The notes below the pieces were generated by a model that saw only the letters and a list, made by a program, of their open reading frames with translations, made no database searches and was not told the origin of the DNA. From the NCBI GenBank assembly GCA_964016885.1, contig OZ024742.1, positions 69,502,001 through 69,566,000 of the forward strand: a stretch of DNA of 64,000 nucleotides. Direction: 5' to 3'. The translations under genes and the position numbers were made by a program. Origin of the DNA: Eledone cirrhosa (lineage: Eukaryota). Below, piece after piece: positions 14,401-28,102 of this stretch (positions are counted from its first letter, which is position 1; every line of letters begins with the position of its first letter).

Positions 14401-15340
14401 GTAGCTTTATATTTAAGCTTCTGGCGGAAAAGAGAGTTGCAGATGGTTAAGGTCAGTTCTGAGCAGAGTTCAAGTAACCTCAGGCCGCTTGTGTTGGTGG
14501 ACCAATGGCGCTCCACGTCTCGTGATCACTACCCACACGAGCATTAAAATCACCGAGAAGTAACAATTTATCGTCAGCGGGTGTGCATGCAATGACAGCA
14601 CGAAGAGACCCAGAAAGAATCAAGGACCACCTCACTGGCCTGTAGGGTTGGTGCATAAACAGATAAAAGTGTTACATAATGGCCATGTCTCAGAAGAATG
14701 CGAAGTTTCATAATGCGATCGGTTACACCAGTAGGACATTCTATACGATCAAGCAGGGATGTTCTAATGGCGAAGCCAACACCGCGCTCTCTCCATTCAG
14801 CTATGGGTTCACCTACCCCAAAAAGAGATAAAGCTGATGATACTTCTGTTAATTGATATTCTCCCGCCAAACGTGTTTCAGATAAAGCTGCTGTGTCTAT
14901 ATTCAATCGTCTGAGTTCTTTTGTCACAAGTGCAGTTCTACGTTATGGACGTCCAGACGAGTAACTCTCCAGGAGTGTCCTCACGTTCCAACAATAAATG
15001 TTGAGTTTGATTCGATCTTTCACGTATTTTTTGCATTTTGCTCGAGTGAAACCAAGTAAGCTCTGAGCGCCTGTGCGTAGTCTTGTGACTATAAGCTTCC
15101 AACTGGTCAGGTCTGCACATGTTACCATTCGTCTATCACCGCAGTATTTCAAAAATAGGATAGACGAAGAAAGATGTAAGAGACATCTGTACATCAGTAT
15201 ATTATAGTGGGAAACGCTTGTACAACACGAGTACCTCTCTCGGTGTATCACAACTAGAGTCCAGTGACATGCCGGAGCAAGATAACTGGGAGTTGGTTGA
15301 ACTGCAGGTTTTAAGGAGTTTCCTTCTCACTTAGTGACAC
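11433..15340 (-). mobile_element. RTE-clade LINE, near full length, decayed
   Basis: WNVRTL..LNIDTAALSETRLAGE..GVGFAI endonuclease; NYRGITLL, PESQSDFRRGR, GVKQ..PTLFSIFF RT motifs; C-terminal CHLCRKPCRSTAGLQSHLRSH zinc finger. Confidence 0.88.
13267..13389 (-). mobile_element. tRNA-SINE fragment nested in the RTE element
   Basis: ctggtactttattttatcaacctc..gaaagacaaagttaacc..gtttgaact. Confidence 0.75.
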
Positions 15341-15350
15341 CCATGCATAC

Positions 15351-15351
<1 letters not shown>

Positions 15352-15448
<97 letters not shown>

Positions 15449-15490
15449 AAGGTGCGCGCGCACACACACACACACATACACTCACACACA
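15352..15490. repeat. (CA)n microsatellite
   Basis: Direct inspection. Confidence 0.95.
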
Positions 15491-15989
15491 AACACTCATG
15501 CATACGAACAAACAGATACACGCCACTCACTTACACTAACACACAATATTGTTTCCGAAGAAGTCGGTCTGATCGAACCTATAGATGAGGTCTGATAATA
15601 TACAGTAATATAACTGCTATAGGTCAGTCAATATGGTCATTATGATCAACCATCAGAAACGATCGTAAAATAATGATATGAATAGGTAAACTAACTCGAC
15701 TTTGTTATTATGATTTTCATTGTTAAAATAAAGTACCAGTAATGCACTGGGTAATTGGTGGCCTTGTGCCAAAAATTAGAAACAATTATTATCATTGTTA
15801 AATTAATACCTTATATATATATATATATATGTAGGAAAAGAGTCAGGACACCGACGGCTGAGCTCCGGCCGTTTCGACAGCTAAATTTAGCGGGGTCAAG
15901 ACTCTTTTCCTATTACCCACTCTACCACCCTAAGTATCGTGTACTGTGGTGCGTTATGGTTCACCTGGTTCCTTACCACACTTCCTTCG

Positions 15990-16112
<123 letters not shown>

Positions 16113-16156
16113 TAAATATACACGGGTGTGTATGATTGTGTATAGAAGATTATATT

Positions 16157-16923
<767 letters not shown>

Positions 16924-17245
16924 AACGAAGCGATCTGTGTGGTTAATGTAAACAAAGTTTAAGTTGCTAATATGGACGAAATAAGAGAAGAAATCCTTCA
17001 CCAGCTATTAACCGCAGATCATAGATGTTTCGGCGCTTAAAACAGGAGATCAAAAGCGATCAGCGGCGCAACAGGTAGTTCACCATACCGAGAACAAAAG
17101 CAAATGTTTCACCTTATTCAGATCCTCACGGTCTAAAATGTTTGTACTCGGTATGGTGAACTAAGTGTTGTGGAACTACTTCTACCTAACTCGTCCCATG
17201 GACTGAGTGCTCTACTACTACGGATATAACCCACCAGTGTTCTAC

Positions 17246-17325
<80 letters not shown>

Positions 17326-17383
17326 TTATATAGTTATAGTTATAGGAATAACCAAAGAATGCTTAGAAATACATTGTTTTATT

Positions 17384-17430
17384 AGTTAACCGTGTTTCAT
17401 CCATACACTATGGCAGGAATCATCAGAGCC
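17384..17430 (-). ncRNA. Hammerhead-like motif with weak stem I, inverted upstream of the Penelope ORF
   Basis: GGCT-CTGATGA-TTCC..GGAT-GAAA-CACGG-TT-AACT. Confidence 0.5.
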
Positions 17431-17559
17431 TATAAACATGAGTATATCAGTAGTTGCATGCTCCATCGAGCTGCCTCACCAGAACAAGGTTAAAGGACCA
17501 GCAGGGGGGTCCCGAGGCCAGCGCTATATGGAAAAAGACAGAATACATGATGCACATAA

Positions 17560-19950
17560 TGTCATAAAATGTCTTATTCTCGTCGCCTCATATGAAACAA
17601 AAAATGTATATAACTTGGACTACAAGACTTACAGAAACTTCATATACAAGGAACTCCACAGAAATTATAAGAAAACTACCTATGGAAACCTAGATGAGAT
17701 AAATAAGAAAGGGCTAGAAATCGTTAAGATGCTGAACCTGGAAAGATACACCCAGTCTTTCACCCCTAAGCAACCCAGATTCACACTGAAGGATCACAAA
17801 GAGGACTTCCTTAGTAACCCCTCAATTAGGCTCATTAGCCCCTCTAAGTCTGACTTAGGGATAATAAGTAAGAAAATCTTGGACGCCGTCATCCCTGTTA
17901 TACGAAGTAAAATTTACTTCGACCTATGGAGGAATACTGAGGAGGTCATTAAATGATTCTCAAGCATTAGTAACCATAAGTCCCTGAAGTTCATCCAATT
18001 CGATATCAACTCATACTATACCTCGATTTCTCCCATCATTCTCAATAAGACCCTTATATTAGCTATGCAAAATAGTGACCTGACTAGATCCCAAATTGAC
18101 ATCATCCTTGCTGCCCGGAGAACTATCATCCTCTTCGAAGACCAACTTTGGACCCGGAAGAACACGCCGAATAATTTTGATGTCACAATGGGGTCCAGCG
18201 ATTCGGCACAGGTCACTGACTTGGTTGGACTTTACCTCCTCCATGAACTGCATAAAACATTCCCGCATTTCAAAGGCGGGCTATACCGTGACGACGCCCT
18301 GTTCACTATTGAATATAAAAAACATAATATAGAAAGGACGAGAAAAGACCTGCATAAATTCTTCAAAAGCTTTAACCTTAGCATAACGATAGACATAAAT
18401 AGTAAAACGGTTAACTTTCTAGACGTAACCCTGGACTTGGAAAATAAATACTTCTCACCCTATCATAAGCCAGATGAAACACTAACATACGTGAATGCAA
18501 ATTCCAACCACCAAATTCCAACCACTCGTCCTAAATGCCATAATTAAAGGGGTATCTAACAGGATTAGCAGACTATCACATAATGAGCATGCATTTAGGT
18601 CTAATGCAAGGAATTATAATAAAGCACTAGCAAAGTCCGGTTTTAGAGACAAATATACTACATACATAACAACGCCCAAACCACCAGGGCCGGACAATAT
18701 AATGCAATCACACACAATATAGCTTTGCCTAATAGAAGCGGACACAAAAATAGGAACCACACGGGTACTGTAGGCGGCTCTGACCAACCCCAAGGGATTC
18801 CATTTAACACGCCTCATCCGTATGGCAATAATACTAACACTAGGATAAAAGCTAGAAAATTTAAGTGCAATAGGAAAGACAGGGAAACCTGTGAACCCCT
18901 CCGGGTAAGGTTACCACCCCAGGTTCTCTCTACCACGGAAGATGGGTTGTAAATACCATAGTATCATTAATAAAAACACAATTAAGCTATCATTCTCCAC
19001 TACTCCAAATCTAGCTCGTCACCTAACCATAACGAACAACAACAAAATTAGAAAGGGTTTCGATACGATAGCAGCTGCGGCACACTGGCAACCACTAGAT
19101 GGACCTGATGCGGCGTCACCCAGCAATACTATCCACACATCCAATGTACGGTTGCCAAATCTGGAACGCAGGGAAAACCAAACATCTCCTGTGTCGCAGA
19201 CTCACATTCACCGAAAATGTAACTACAGACGAAAGACGGAGTTCCCCCTAAAGGGACAATGCCTTATAAACAATATTGTCTACGCATGTGATGTTACAAC
19301 TCGGACCTCCTCCAAAACATATATAGGGTCTACATCGACCCCCTTTAAGACTAGATACAACTCCCATTGCTATACATGTAGACATGATATACTTAAGAAT
19401 ACTACATCCCTAGCTAGTTACATATCCCTCCTGAAGAACACTGATATTCAATACACGCTTGATTGGAGAATCATCACTAAATCATCGCAGTACAGACCCC
19501 CTAACAAGACCTGTGTCCTTTGTCTCTCTGAATCACGCCATAATACACTCCAAACTGAACCTGCTAAATAGGAAGTCGGAGATATTCTCTTCTTGCCCGC
19601 ACATAAATCTTAGCTCCTTCTATTATTTTAGACCAATTAGCTAACGCTGTAGGACCTGCATACATCCGTCCTGTCTGGCCTACGTAAAACCACGCCGCAC
19701 TGCATCCTGGTTCCTTTGTGACGATAACTGCCCTTCAGGTGCATATAGACTACTCTAATACCTCTTCTTTTCTCCCCACTCTCTTACTTTTCTTCTTCCC
19801 TAGTTCATCTTATTGGACCACAAGCCAAGAACCCTGGGGTAGAACCTACTTAAGGCTTGTCGCTATACCTAGCACAGCTTGACCCTATATCGGCACATAC
19901 CCATACTAACTATGTTAGTATGGTTTATAAACACACTCGCGTAATGGAGA
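17560..19950 (+). mobile_element. Penelope-like retroelement (RT + GIY-YIG endonuclease), decayed
   Basis: TLKDHKEDF..PSIRLISPSKSDLG, FDINSYYTSI, FDVTMGSSDSAQVTDLVG, GLYRDDAL, VNFLDVTLDL, YIGSTSTPFKTRYNSH, CVLCLSE. Confidence 0.92.
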
Positions 19951-20079
19951 GATTGCTTGCTTTCCAACAGACAAGTCTGGCAGAATGTCGGTTGACAGTC
20001 TGTCAAACTACATCCAAGCAATGCAACCCCACATCACTAACACAAGAGAAGTAACCCCACAAGAGCATGAGGATAGGGA

Positions 20080-20350
20080 AAAACCCTCAATGCGCATATG
20101 ATGATGTGGACAAACAAATGAGCCTAACAAAAGGACTGCCAACAACTTCCAGGCCTGGAACAATGACGTGCCAGCGTTGTATGGGCTTCGAAAAGACCAT
20201 AAAACGAGCAGTGACCCTGTCACAGGACCACCAACACGGCCAGTCTGTGGAGCTAACATTGCTAGTAACTACAGACTTTCCTACTTCTTCTCCCTGATCA
20301 TGCGCCCCATCATTGAAATTTCCCCATATATATGTGCCAGCACGGCTTAA
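20080..20350 (+). mobile_element. Penelope-like RT fragment of a second family
   Basis: PALYGLRKDHK..PPTRPVCGAN motif. Confidence 0.65.
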
Positions 20351-20395
20351 GGTATTTGAAAAGATATAAAAACCACCATATTTACTTGGACAGTC

Positions 20396-20446
20396 AGATT
20401 CCTGATGATTTCTCAAGAATGAAACAGTTATAGTCCTGTAGACTCT
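20396..20446 (+). ncRNA. Type I hammerhead ribozyme (same family as 50125-50175)
   Basis: AGATTC-CTGATGA-TTTCTCAAGAAT-GAAA-CAG..CTG-TA-GACTCT; GUA cleavage triplet; one stem-I mismatch. Confidence 0.7.
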
Positions 20447-20461
20447 CATCTATATTAAAAC

Positions 20462-20557
<96 letters not shown>

Positions 20558-20679
20558 TAGAGAGAGAGAGGAAGAGGGAAAAGAGACAGAAAAGTACAGA
20601 TTAAAGAGATGGAGAGATATGTGAATATATAAATACATACATACATATATTAAGTTAAATATAAAGTAGATGAACATAC

Positions 20680-21573
20680 AGCAAATTGTATACTGATACC
20701 ATTGTAGAAAATGACGGTTGCGAATAATATTACGGCTATTGTTGTCAACAATTCAATAGATTTTACATACAAGTCCACATCCTTCTGAAATATGACGTAA
20801 ATCAGTATGCAGGCTTTAATGAATGTAAATAAAAACCAGATGACTAAAAAACTGGAGAAATGTTTGTTAACTTGATCCAGTAGCTCCATTATCTTTTCGT
20901 ATTTCTTCTGCAGATGAATCAGTCTGATATTAATGTCACTTGCTTGTCGTTTGACATCTAGCATCTTCAGTTGCTGGGTGAGAACCTGCAACTCTGAACG
21001 TATTATTTTCAGGAAGATATAAAGTAACAACATGCTGCACAATATTCTAGAGAAACAAAGCCACATGAATAACAGAGAGTTTAGGATTTCAACATCTTCA
21101 TTCCTCCATATTGATGTTGCGAGTAATAATTTCATAATAGTTTCGGTGTATTCACTTTTAAGAGTCACTGTGATAGCAATTGCACTCAACATTATAATGA
21201 AAGACGAAAAGATAATTAAACATTTAACGGCTCGTTTTAATTTCCTGAAATAATCTTGGTCCACCAGAAAAACGTAAGTTATGAATTTGTCTATCAATTT
21301 TCTGCAAAACATAGTGTTGATGTGTTGCATAACACATTCAACAGTGAACAAGAAATATAAAATTAAGATGGATAGCTGGATTATACCGTTCCCTCTTCTA
21401 AATTGTATGTCTGTAATAATACATATCCGTACTAGATTTATAAGCCCAAACAGTAAGACAAGGGCTTCGTAAACTTTAAAGAAATTGTTTTGGCGTCTGG
21501 TGAGATATCCTGATGGATATAATCCATGTCCGCTGAGTGCCGAGAAATGTAATAAAGGTTTGATTGTCTCCAT
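20680..21573 (-). CDS. Gustatory-receptor-like (GRL / 7TM chemosensory ion channel) paralog 1, large coding exon (N-terminus to TM6, 298 codons)
   Basis: Uninterrupted ORF with six hydrophobic segments; N-terminal KPLL..SG helix, LINLVR in TM1, ELQVLTQQLK after TM4, LQKKYEKIMELLDQVNKHFSSF before TM5; ends GCT|GTATGT (phase-0 donor). Confidence 0.82.
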
Positions 21574-21618
21574 GATAATTTTTTTATTTGAATGTTGTGA
21601 ACAATGCTAATGGAGGAA

Positions 21619-21645
21619 CTGCAACCAAGAAAATTAACGCTAGAG
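21619..21645 (-). promoter_or_regulatory. Putative 3' splice acceptor upstream of GRL1 ATG (equivalents at 28161 and 34837)
   Basis: gttaattttcttggttgcag| in copy 1 and gttaactttgttgaattcag| in copies 2 and 3, at the homologous position. Confidence 0.45.
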
Positions 21646-22589
21646 ATGATAGAGGAAGTAAGATGTTGCCTTAGTATTCATTGATTCGGGGCCTTGCAAG
21701 AATGCTGCACTGGTGCTTATTTGAAAAGTTTGTTAATTACTTTTCTATTTCTTTTGACTGATATCAAGTCTATAGGTCTAAATGTTGTTAGGACAATTCT
21801 CCTTAGAGTGGTTATAGTGTTTGTGGATATAGCGGAAGTGCAAGTGTCGATAAAGATATAGAAGTGGTGATGCCGTTATGAATTGTGTTTGTTATGGATT
21901 TTTTGTTGGAGTGGTGACAGATGTTAGGGTGATATCTGTGGAGGTTGTAGTAACTGTAGTGGTATTGGCTCCCAGATTTGTGATGTCTATGGATCTAGTG
22001 GTTTCATTCGTGATTTTGGCTAGATAGTCGCTAATGTTTGTAGTTGTGACATTGACTACAATAGTGCACTTAACTGTAGTAGAGATGATGACTGTAGTGG
22101 TGGAGAGCATACATTCAAATATTGTTCAGTGCTGATGAAGAAATGATGTGGAAATGTGGGCATATGCTTATTGTGTTATGAATCTTTAAATCTTTGAATA
22201 GATATTATTAAAATTCAATTATCATGAATAACTGTCGATAGACGTGAAAGTCTCATATTATTATCTTCAGTCTCTACATATGCCTCCCTTTTCCTGAACA
22301 ATAATTTCTTACTCACTGACTCTTCTATAAATATAAATTATTTCGGTTCATTTAACAGATCAACTGTATTGATCTATCGTAGATTATCGTAAATAACAAA
22401 CGGACATCACAGTTAAGACATTTAATTAATCCTGAAACTTATACCTATAAAAAATATTTCCTATATAATTAACTTCATGGTCGTTTCAATGTCTTTCGTT
22501 GTTTCTCCTGTCCCTCACCTCTTTGTCATTGTTATTTTCTAATCTGTTCTGCGTGTCTGTGTGTTTGACATGGTTCTTTCCCCTGTCAT

Positions 22590-22857
22590 TATTATTGATC
22601 CTAGTTTCTCTACGTCAATGATTCACCGTAGTTAAGTGTTGACACGAACAGCGAATTGTGGATAGTGAGTTTCACTTTTACGCCTACCTTCATTCTTTTG
22701 GCTACTGAATGGTGAAGCTGGCGCATTACTATACTAGCTATTGCAATTCGTGCACTTAATTCATCCTCCTGCATTCCATCACTCGTGAACACGGCCCTGA
22801 GATACTTGAATATCTCTACCTGCTTCAGTGGAACTCCATTCACATGTAGAGTGCACA
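22590..22857 (-). mobile_element. RTE-like RT 3' fragment (duplicate at ~29155-29421)
   Basis: LKQVEIFKYLRAVFTSDG..ELSARIAIAS..LNYGES. Confidence 0.7.
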
Positions 22858-23673
<816 letters not shown>

Positions 23674-24069
23674 AGGGTTTGTGTGTGTGTGTGTGTGTTT
23701 ATAAAATATATATAGTACATGTATATATATATATATAGAGAAAAAAACGCCAGATAAAAATGATGGAGGGATATGTCATTATAGAAATACATACAAACAT
23801 ACGTACATACATACATAGGAGACTGTGATAGGAAAACTCCAAGATAATAAAACACTAGGAAGAGACATGATTGTCGGCTACTGGTACACAAAATTGAAAT
23901 TCTATCGGAGGTATCTTACCGACCTCTACCGACATTAGCACAAACAATACTGGTCCCCAAGAAAAAAGACACCCATTTGGCAAAAGAATACCGACTCATT
24001 GCATGCCAGAACCTGATGTGTAAGATGTATACAGCCTGCCTGAATGTATTCCTCCAAGACCACTGTGAA

Positions 24070-24257
24070 AATAATTGTTTCTACTTTTGGCACAAGGCCA
24101 GCAATTACCCAGTGCATTACTGGCACTTTATTTTATCGACCCCGTAAAGATGAAAGGCAAAGTTAACCTCGGTGGGATTTGAACTCAGAATGGCAAGGGC
24201 CGTAACTCTATACGTCAAAGCATGGCGTCCAACCCTCTACCGATACTGTCAATCCAC
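24070..24257 (-). mobile_element. Full-length tRNA-SINE with aataat target-site duplication (duplicate at ~30746-30933)
   Basis: Reverse complement of the SINE at 61157-61345; flanked by aataat on both sides. Confidence 0.85.
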
Positions 24258-24759
24258 AATAATAACATCATTACAGATGAAGAAGGAGCTGGAAAGAAAG
24301 GGGTTTGGGTGTCTGCTGAACAACTCCTAATTAACAAAACTGCGAACTTGTAATATGGCTACAGTCTGGCTGGACTACAGGAGAGATTTCGATCCCCCCC
24401 TCTTGGATGATAGAGGCCCTCCGACTTGCTAAAGTACCAGACATTATTATCAGAGCCATAGAGGCATTGTCTTCTTCTTGGCCTACTATCCTAAAGTTAA
24501 AAACAGAGAAGGAGGACTCTATTTTCACTGATAAAATAGAATATCACAGAGGTATATTTCAAGGAGACAGTCTCTTTGTGATACTATTTATCCTGTCATT
24601 AAACCCCTTGTCCTTTCTGCTCAAGAAATGTGAAGGATACATCATTGGCTCACAGGAGCACAGAAATACGAACTTAACCCATAATTTATTTGTGGATGAT
24701 CTGAAACTCTATGCCAAGAACATAAATTGGATGAAGAAAAATCTTGACCTGGTTACAAC

Positions 24760-26140
24760 CGCTCTCAGTAAGAAAGAGGGCAATGTCTTCCGGAGGCTGG
24801 CTGCCAGGTGGTCTGCAAGTCCGTAACATACGAACTGGGTGAGGAGTTTAGTCCGGTGCAACTGGGTGTCGGCATGTCCGGTGGCTGTGAGGGGGCCGCT
24901 CATGCAACCAGGCAGTTCTTCAACAGCTGCCCATCGGAACCGGCATCCAGGGACTCCACGCACCTCATTGTCAAGCTTGACATGAGGAATGCCTTCAACT
25001 CTTTACGCCGGGATCATCTGCTCGAGGCATGCCTCAGTCGAGCCCCCTCTGCCTACCCGCTGGCCTACCTGTCTTATGGAGCCCCGAACATGCTCCTTGC
25101 TGCTGATACGGTCATACCCTCGGCTACTGGGGTCCAACAGGGTGACCCTTTGGGACCCCTCCTGTTCGCCCTGGGTATTGACCACATCGCCCGGAGTATC
25201 ACAGCCCGTTTCAACGTTTGGTATCTGGATGATGCTACGTTGGGCGGGCCCGTACGGACGGTCTGCCATGACATTCAATCGGTGGTTCCTACCCTGGCGG
25301 GAATCGGCCTCCAGGTCAACTCGGCCAAGTCGGAGGTGGTGAATGTCAGCCTCGATGCTGCGAGATTTGCAGCCTCCGTCTTGGCTGTGCGGTCCATTCT
25401 CCGTCAGGTTCAGGTAAACCCCAAAAAGTATGTCCTCATCCTCGGATCACCGATCCAACCACCCGCCATCCGCTCCACCATCAGGTCCAAGCTTCAACAG
25501 CGCCAGACTCTCACGAGGTGACTGGGCTTGATTGATGGCCACCCAACTCTCTTTCTGCTGAGGTACTGCTTCGCCATCCCGAAGCTCCTACATACACACC
25601 GCAGCGCTCCGTGCTACACCCAGACATCTATCCTCGCTGACCTCGATACATGTATCCGAGCAGCAGCCGAGGAGATATGGAACGTCAAGTTTGACGACAT
25701 AGGGTGGCAACAGGCCACTTTATCTGTCAGGTATGGCGGCTTTGACTCCGGTCCCCGATCTCACTAGCTTTGCCGGCGTATCTTTCGTCAGTAACCTCGT
25801 GCCGCGTCCTCGTCAGCAGGGTTCTTCAAATCACAACAGAACCCTTTGTGTTCAGAGAACGTGAGGCCGGCTGTGAGACGGGGGAGCGGCTGGGATTTAG
25901 ATCAGTAGACGTCCTTTCTTCTTCTCCCCCTGCTGACGTCAAGTCGCCCCAATGCACTTGGGCTGCCATCCAGTGCAGCCTTGCCTCAGACAGGCTCACG
26001 CGCCAGCTCGACCAGCAACGCCTTGCTTGTTTTCGTGCAGCCTCTAAACCCCACAGTGGTGCCTGGCTACATGCCTTGCCCTCCTTCTCCACTGGCACGC
26101 AGCTAGACAACCATAGCCTGCGCATCGGCGTTTCGCAGTA
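24760..26140 (+). mobile_element. CRE-clade non-LTR retrotransposon RT fragment
   Basis: QLGVGMSGGCEGAAHATR, KLDMRNAFNSLRRD, GVQQGDPLGPLLFALG, WYLDD, SGAWLHALP; GC-rich relative to flanks. Confidence 0.88.
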
Positions 26141-27205
26141 AATCCATGGATGAAAAACTGCATGCTAATCAGCAAAAAATCATACATGGATATGTTGCCA
26201 GGAAGCTCCAGCGTGAGAGTAATGTAGATAAACAAAGTAGTCTATCTTGGACCAACAATCTCTATATTGGCTCCCATTTGAAGAATACGCTTTTGCAATC
26301 CAAGAACAGGAAATCAACACGAAACACCTGATAAACAAAGATGTGACAACAAGTGCAGACTTTGCAGAATTAACATCGAAGATGTCACCCATGTCATAAG
26401 CAGCTGTCCAAAGATGTCATCGCGGTACTATCTACCTATGAGGCATGATGTAGTGGCCAAAACGCTGAACAATGTAATCCGTAGAAAAGATAGCACCGAT
26501 AATAAACACATTAAATATTGCAGCAATGTGGAAGACATACATATACGTAATATGAAAGAGTACTGGTGGAATGTTCCAGTAAAAAACCCCAATAAAATGC
26601 AGGCATAACAGACCAGATATAATGATATGCGACAGGGAAAAGAAGGCATGCACAGTAGTGGAAGTTAGCTGCCCAGCAGATGCCAATATTATATCAAAGA
26701 TTAGCGAACAGGAGAATATTTATGCAGAACTAATGATAAATCTGCTGATACTCCACCCTTACATATACCTTCAGATTTATGCCGGTGATTATTGAGGCAC
26801 TGGGATATGTTAGTAACTGCCCCAATACAAGTCTTGAGAAGCTGGGCTTCACAGGAACAGAAAGAACACAACTAGTTAGGAAATTACAAGTACAATCCAC
26901 AGTAAAAATGGAACAGTAAAAATATGTAAGACATTCCAAAAATTTTGCATCAAATAACTGCATATACACATGTACAGATACAAAGCATATACACATGCAC
27001 ACATACAACTCAAAACATACACATCCACACATACAATAACATCCATATCTATACATGCATGCATAATCTACCTAGTTGATGTGTAAATTCCAGTGATAGA
27101 GTCTTGTGTCTATGTTAGAAACCGACTCTCTCTCTATTGGGAAAAGATTTGTGAAATTATAAAACCAGAAGAACATAAGCATAAATGTAAAATAGAGTAA
27201 CATAC

Positions 27206-28102
27206 GGCAAATTGTATACTGATACCATGGTAGAAAAAGTTGGTTGTTAACAATAGCTTGCTTATTGTTGAAGACGCTAAAATACTTTTTTCATAAAAGT
27301 CCACATCTTTCTGAAATATGATGTAGATCAGTATACAGGTACTGCTGAGTGTACATAACAATGTGATGACTACAAAACTGGAGAAATGTTTGTTGAATTG
27401 ATCCAGTAGCTCCATTATCTCTTCGTATTTCTTCTGTAGATGAATCAGTTTGCTGATAAAGTTAGTTGCTTGTTGTTTGACATCTAGCAGCTTCAGTTGT
27501 TGGGTGAGTACATGTAACTCTGAACATATTATTTTCAGGAAGAAATAAAGTAACATCTCGACGCTGAATATTCTAAGCATAGCAACGCAGGTGTATAACA
27601 GAAAGTTTAGGATTTCAATAGCTTCATTCCTCCATATTGGTACTCTTAATAATATTTTCTTCGCCATACTTGTGGGGTGTTCACTTTTAAGAGTCACTGT
27701 GGCACCAATTAGAACCAACATATTTATGAAAAACGCAAACAAAGTTACACCTTTAACGGCTCGTTTTAATTTCCTGAAATAATCTTGCTCCAGCAGAAAA
27801 ACGTAAGCGATGTACTTGTCTATCAATTTTCCAGCAAACATAGTGTTGATGTGTTGTATAACACATTCACCAGTGTACAATAGATACAAGAGCATGAAGG
27901 ATAGCTGGAGAATAACTTTCCCTGTGCTTAATTGCATGTCTATCAAATAAAATAGCCGTACTAGATTTATAAGCCAAACCAGTAAGACAATAGCTCTGTA
28001 AATTTTAAAGAAATTCTCTTGACGTCTGGTGAGATATCCTGATGGATATATCTCATGACCGCTGAGTGCCATGAGATGTAGTAAAGGTTTCATTGTCTCC
28101 AT
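27206..28102 (-). CDS. GRL paralog 2, large coding exon (N-terminus to TM6, 299 codons)
   Basis: Intact ORF, roughly two-thirds identical to paralog 1 by eye; ends GCC|GTATGT at the same position. Confidence 0.82.

Larger units (their letters stand above)
23816..27000 (+). mobile_element. R4/Dong-like LINE remnant in the GRL2 intron, interrupted by a SINE and a CRE fragment
   Basis: YRLIACQNLMCKMYT, GIFQGDSL..LSLNPLSFLL, HNLFVDDLKLYA, HNRPDIMI..VVEVSCPAD. Confidence 0.85.

Noticed and set aside
20650-20679. ORF-track C-termini (VCSSTLYLT; VCYSILH..)
   Set aside because: They begin at the conserved GTATGT donor and differ in length between paralogs, so they are most likely intron read-through
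21892-22110. Thr-rich 72-aa mucin-like ORF repeated three times
   Set aside because: Low-complexity (GTG/GTA-rich) flank carried along by the duplication; no domain or clear splice context, though a UTR exon cannot be excluded
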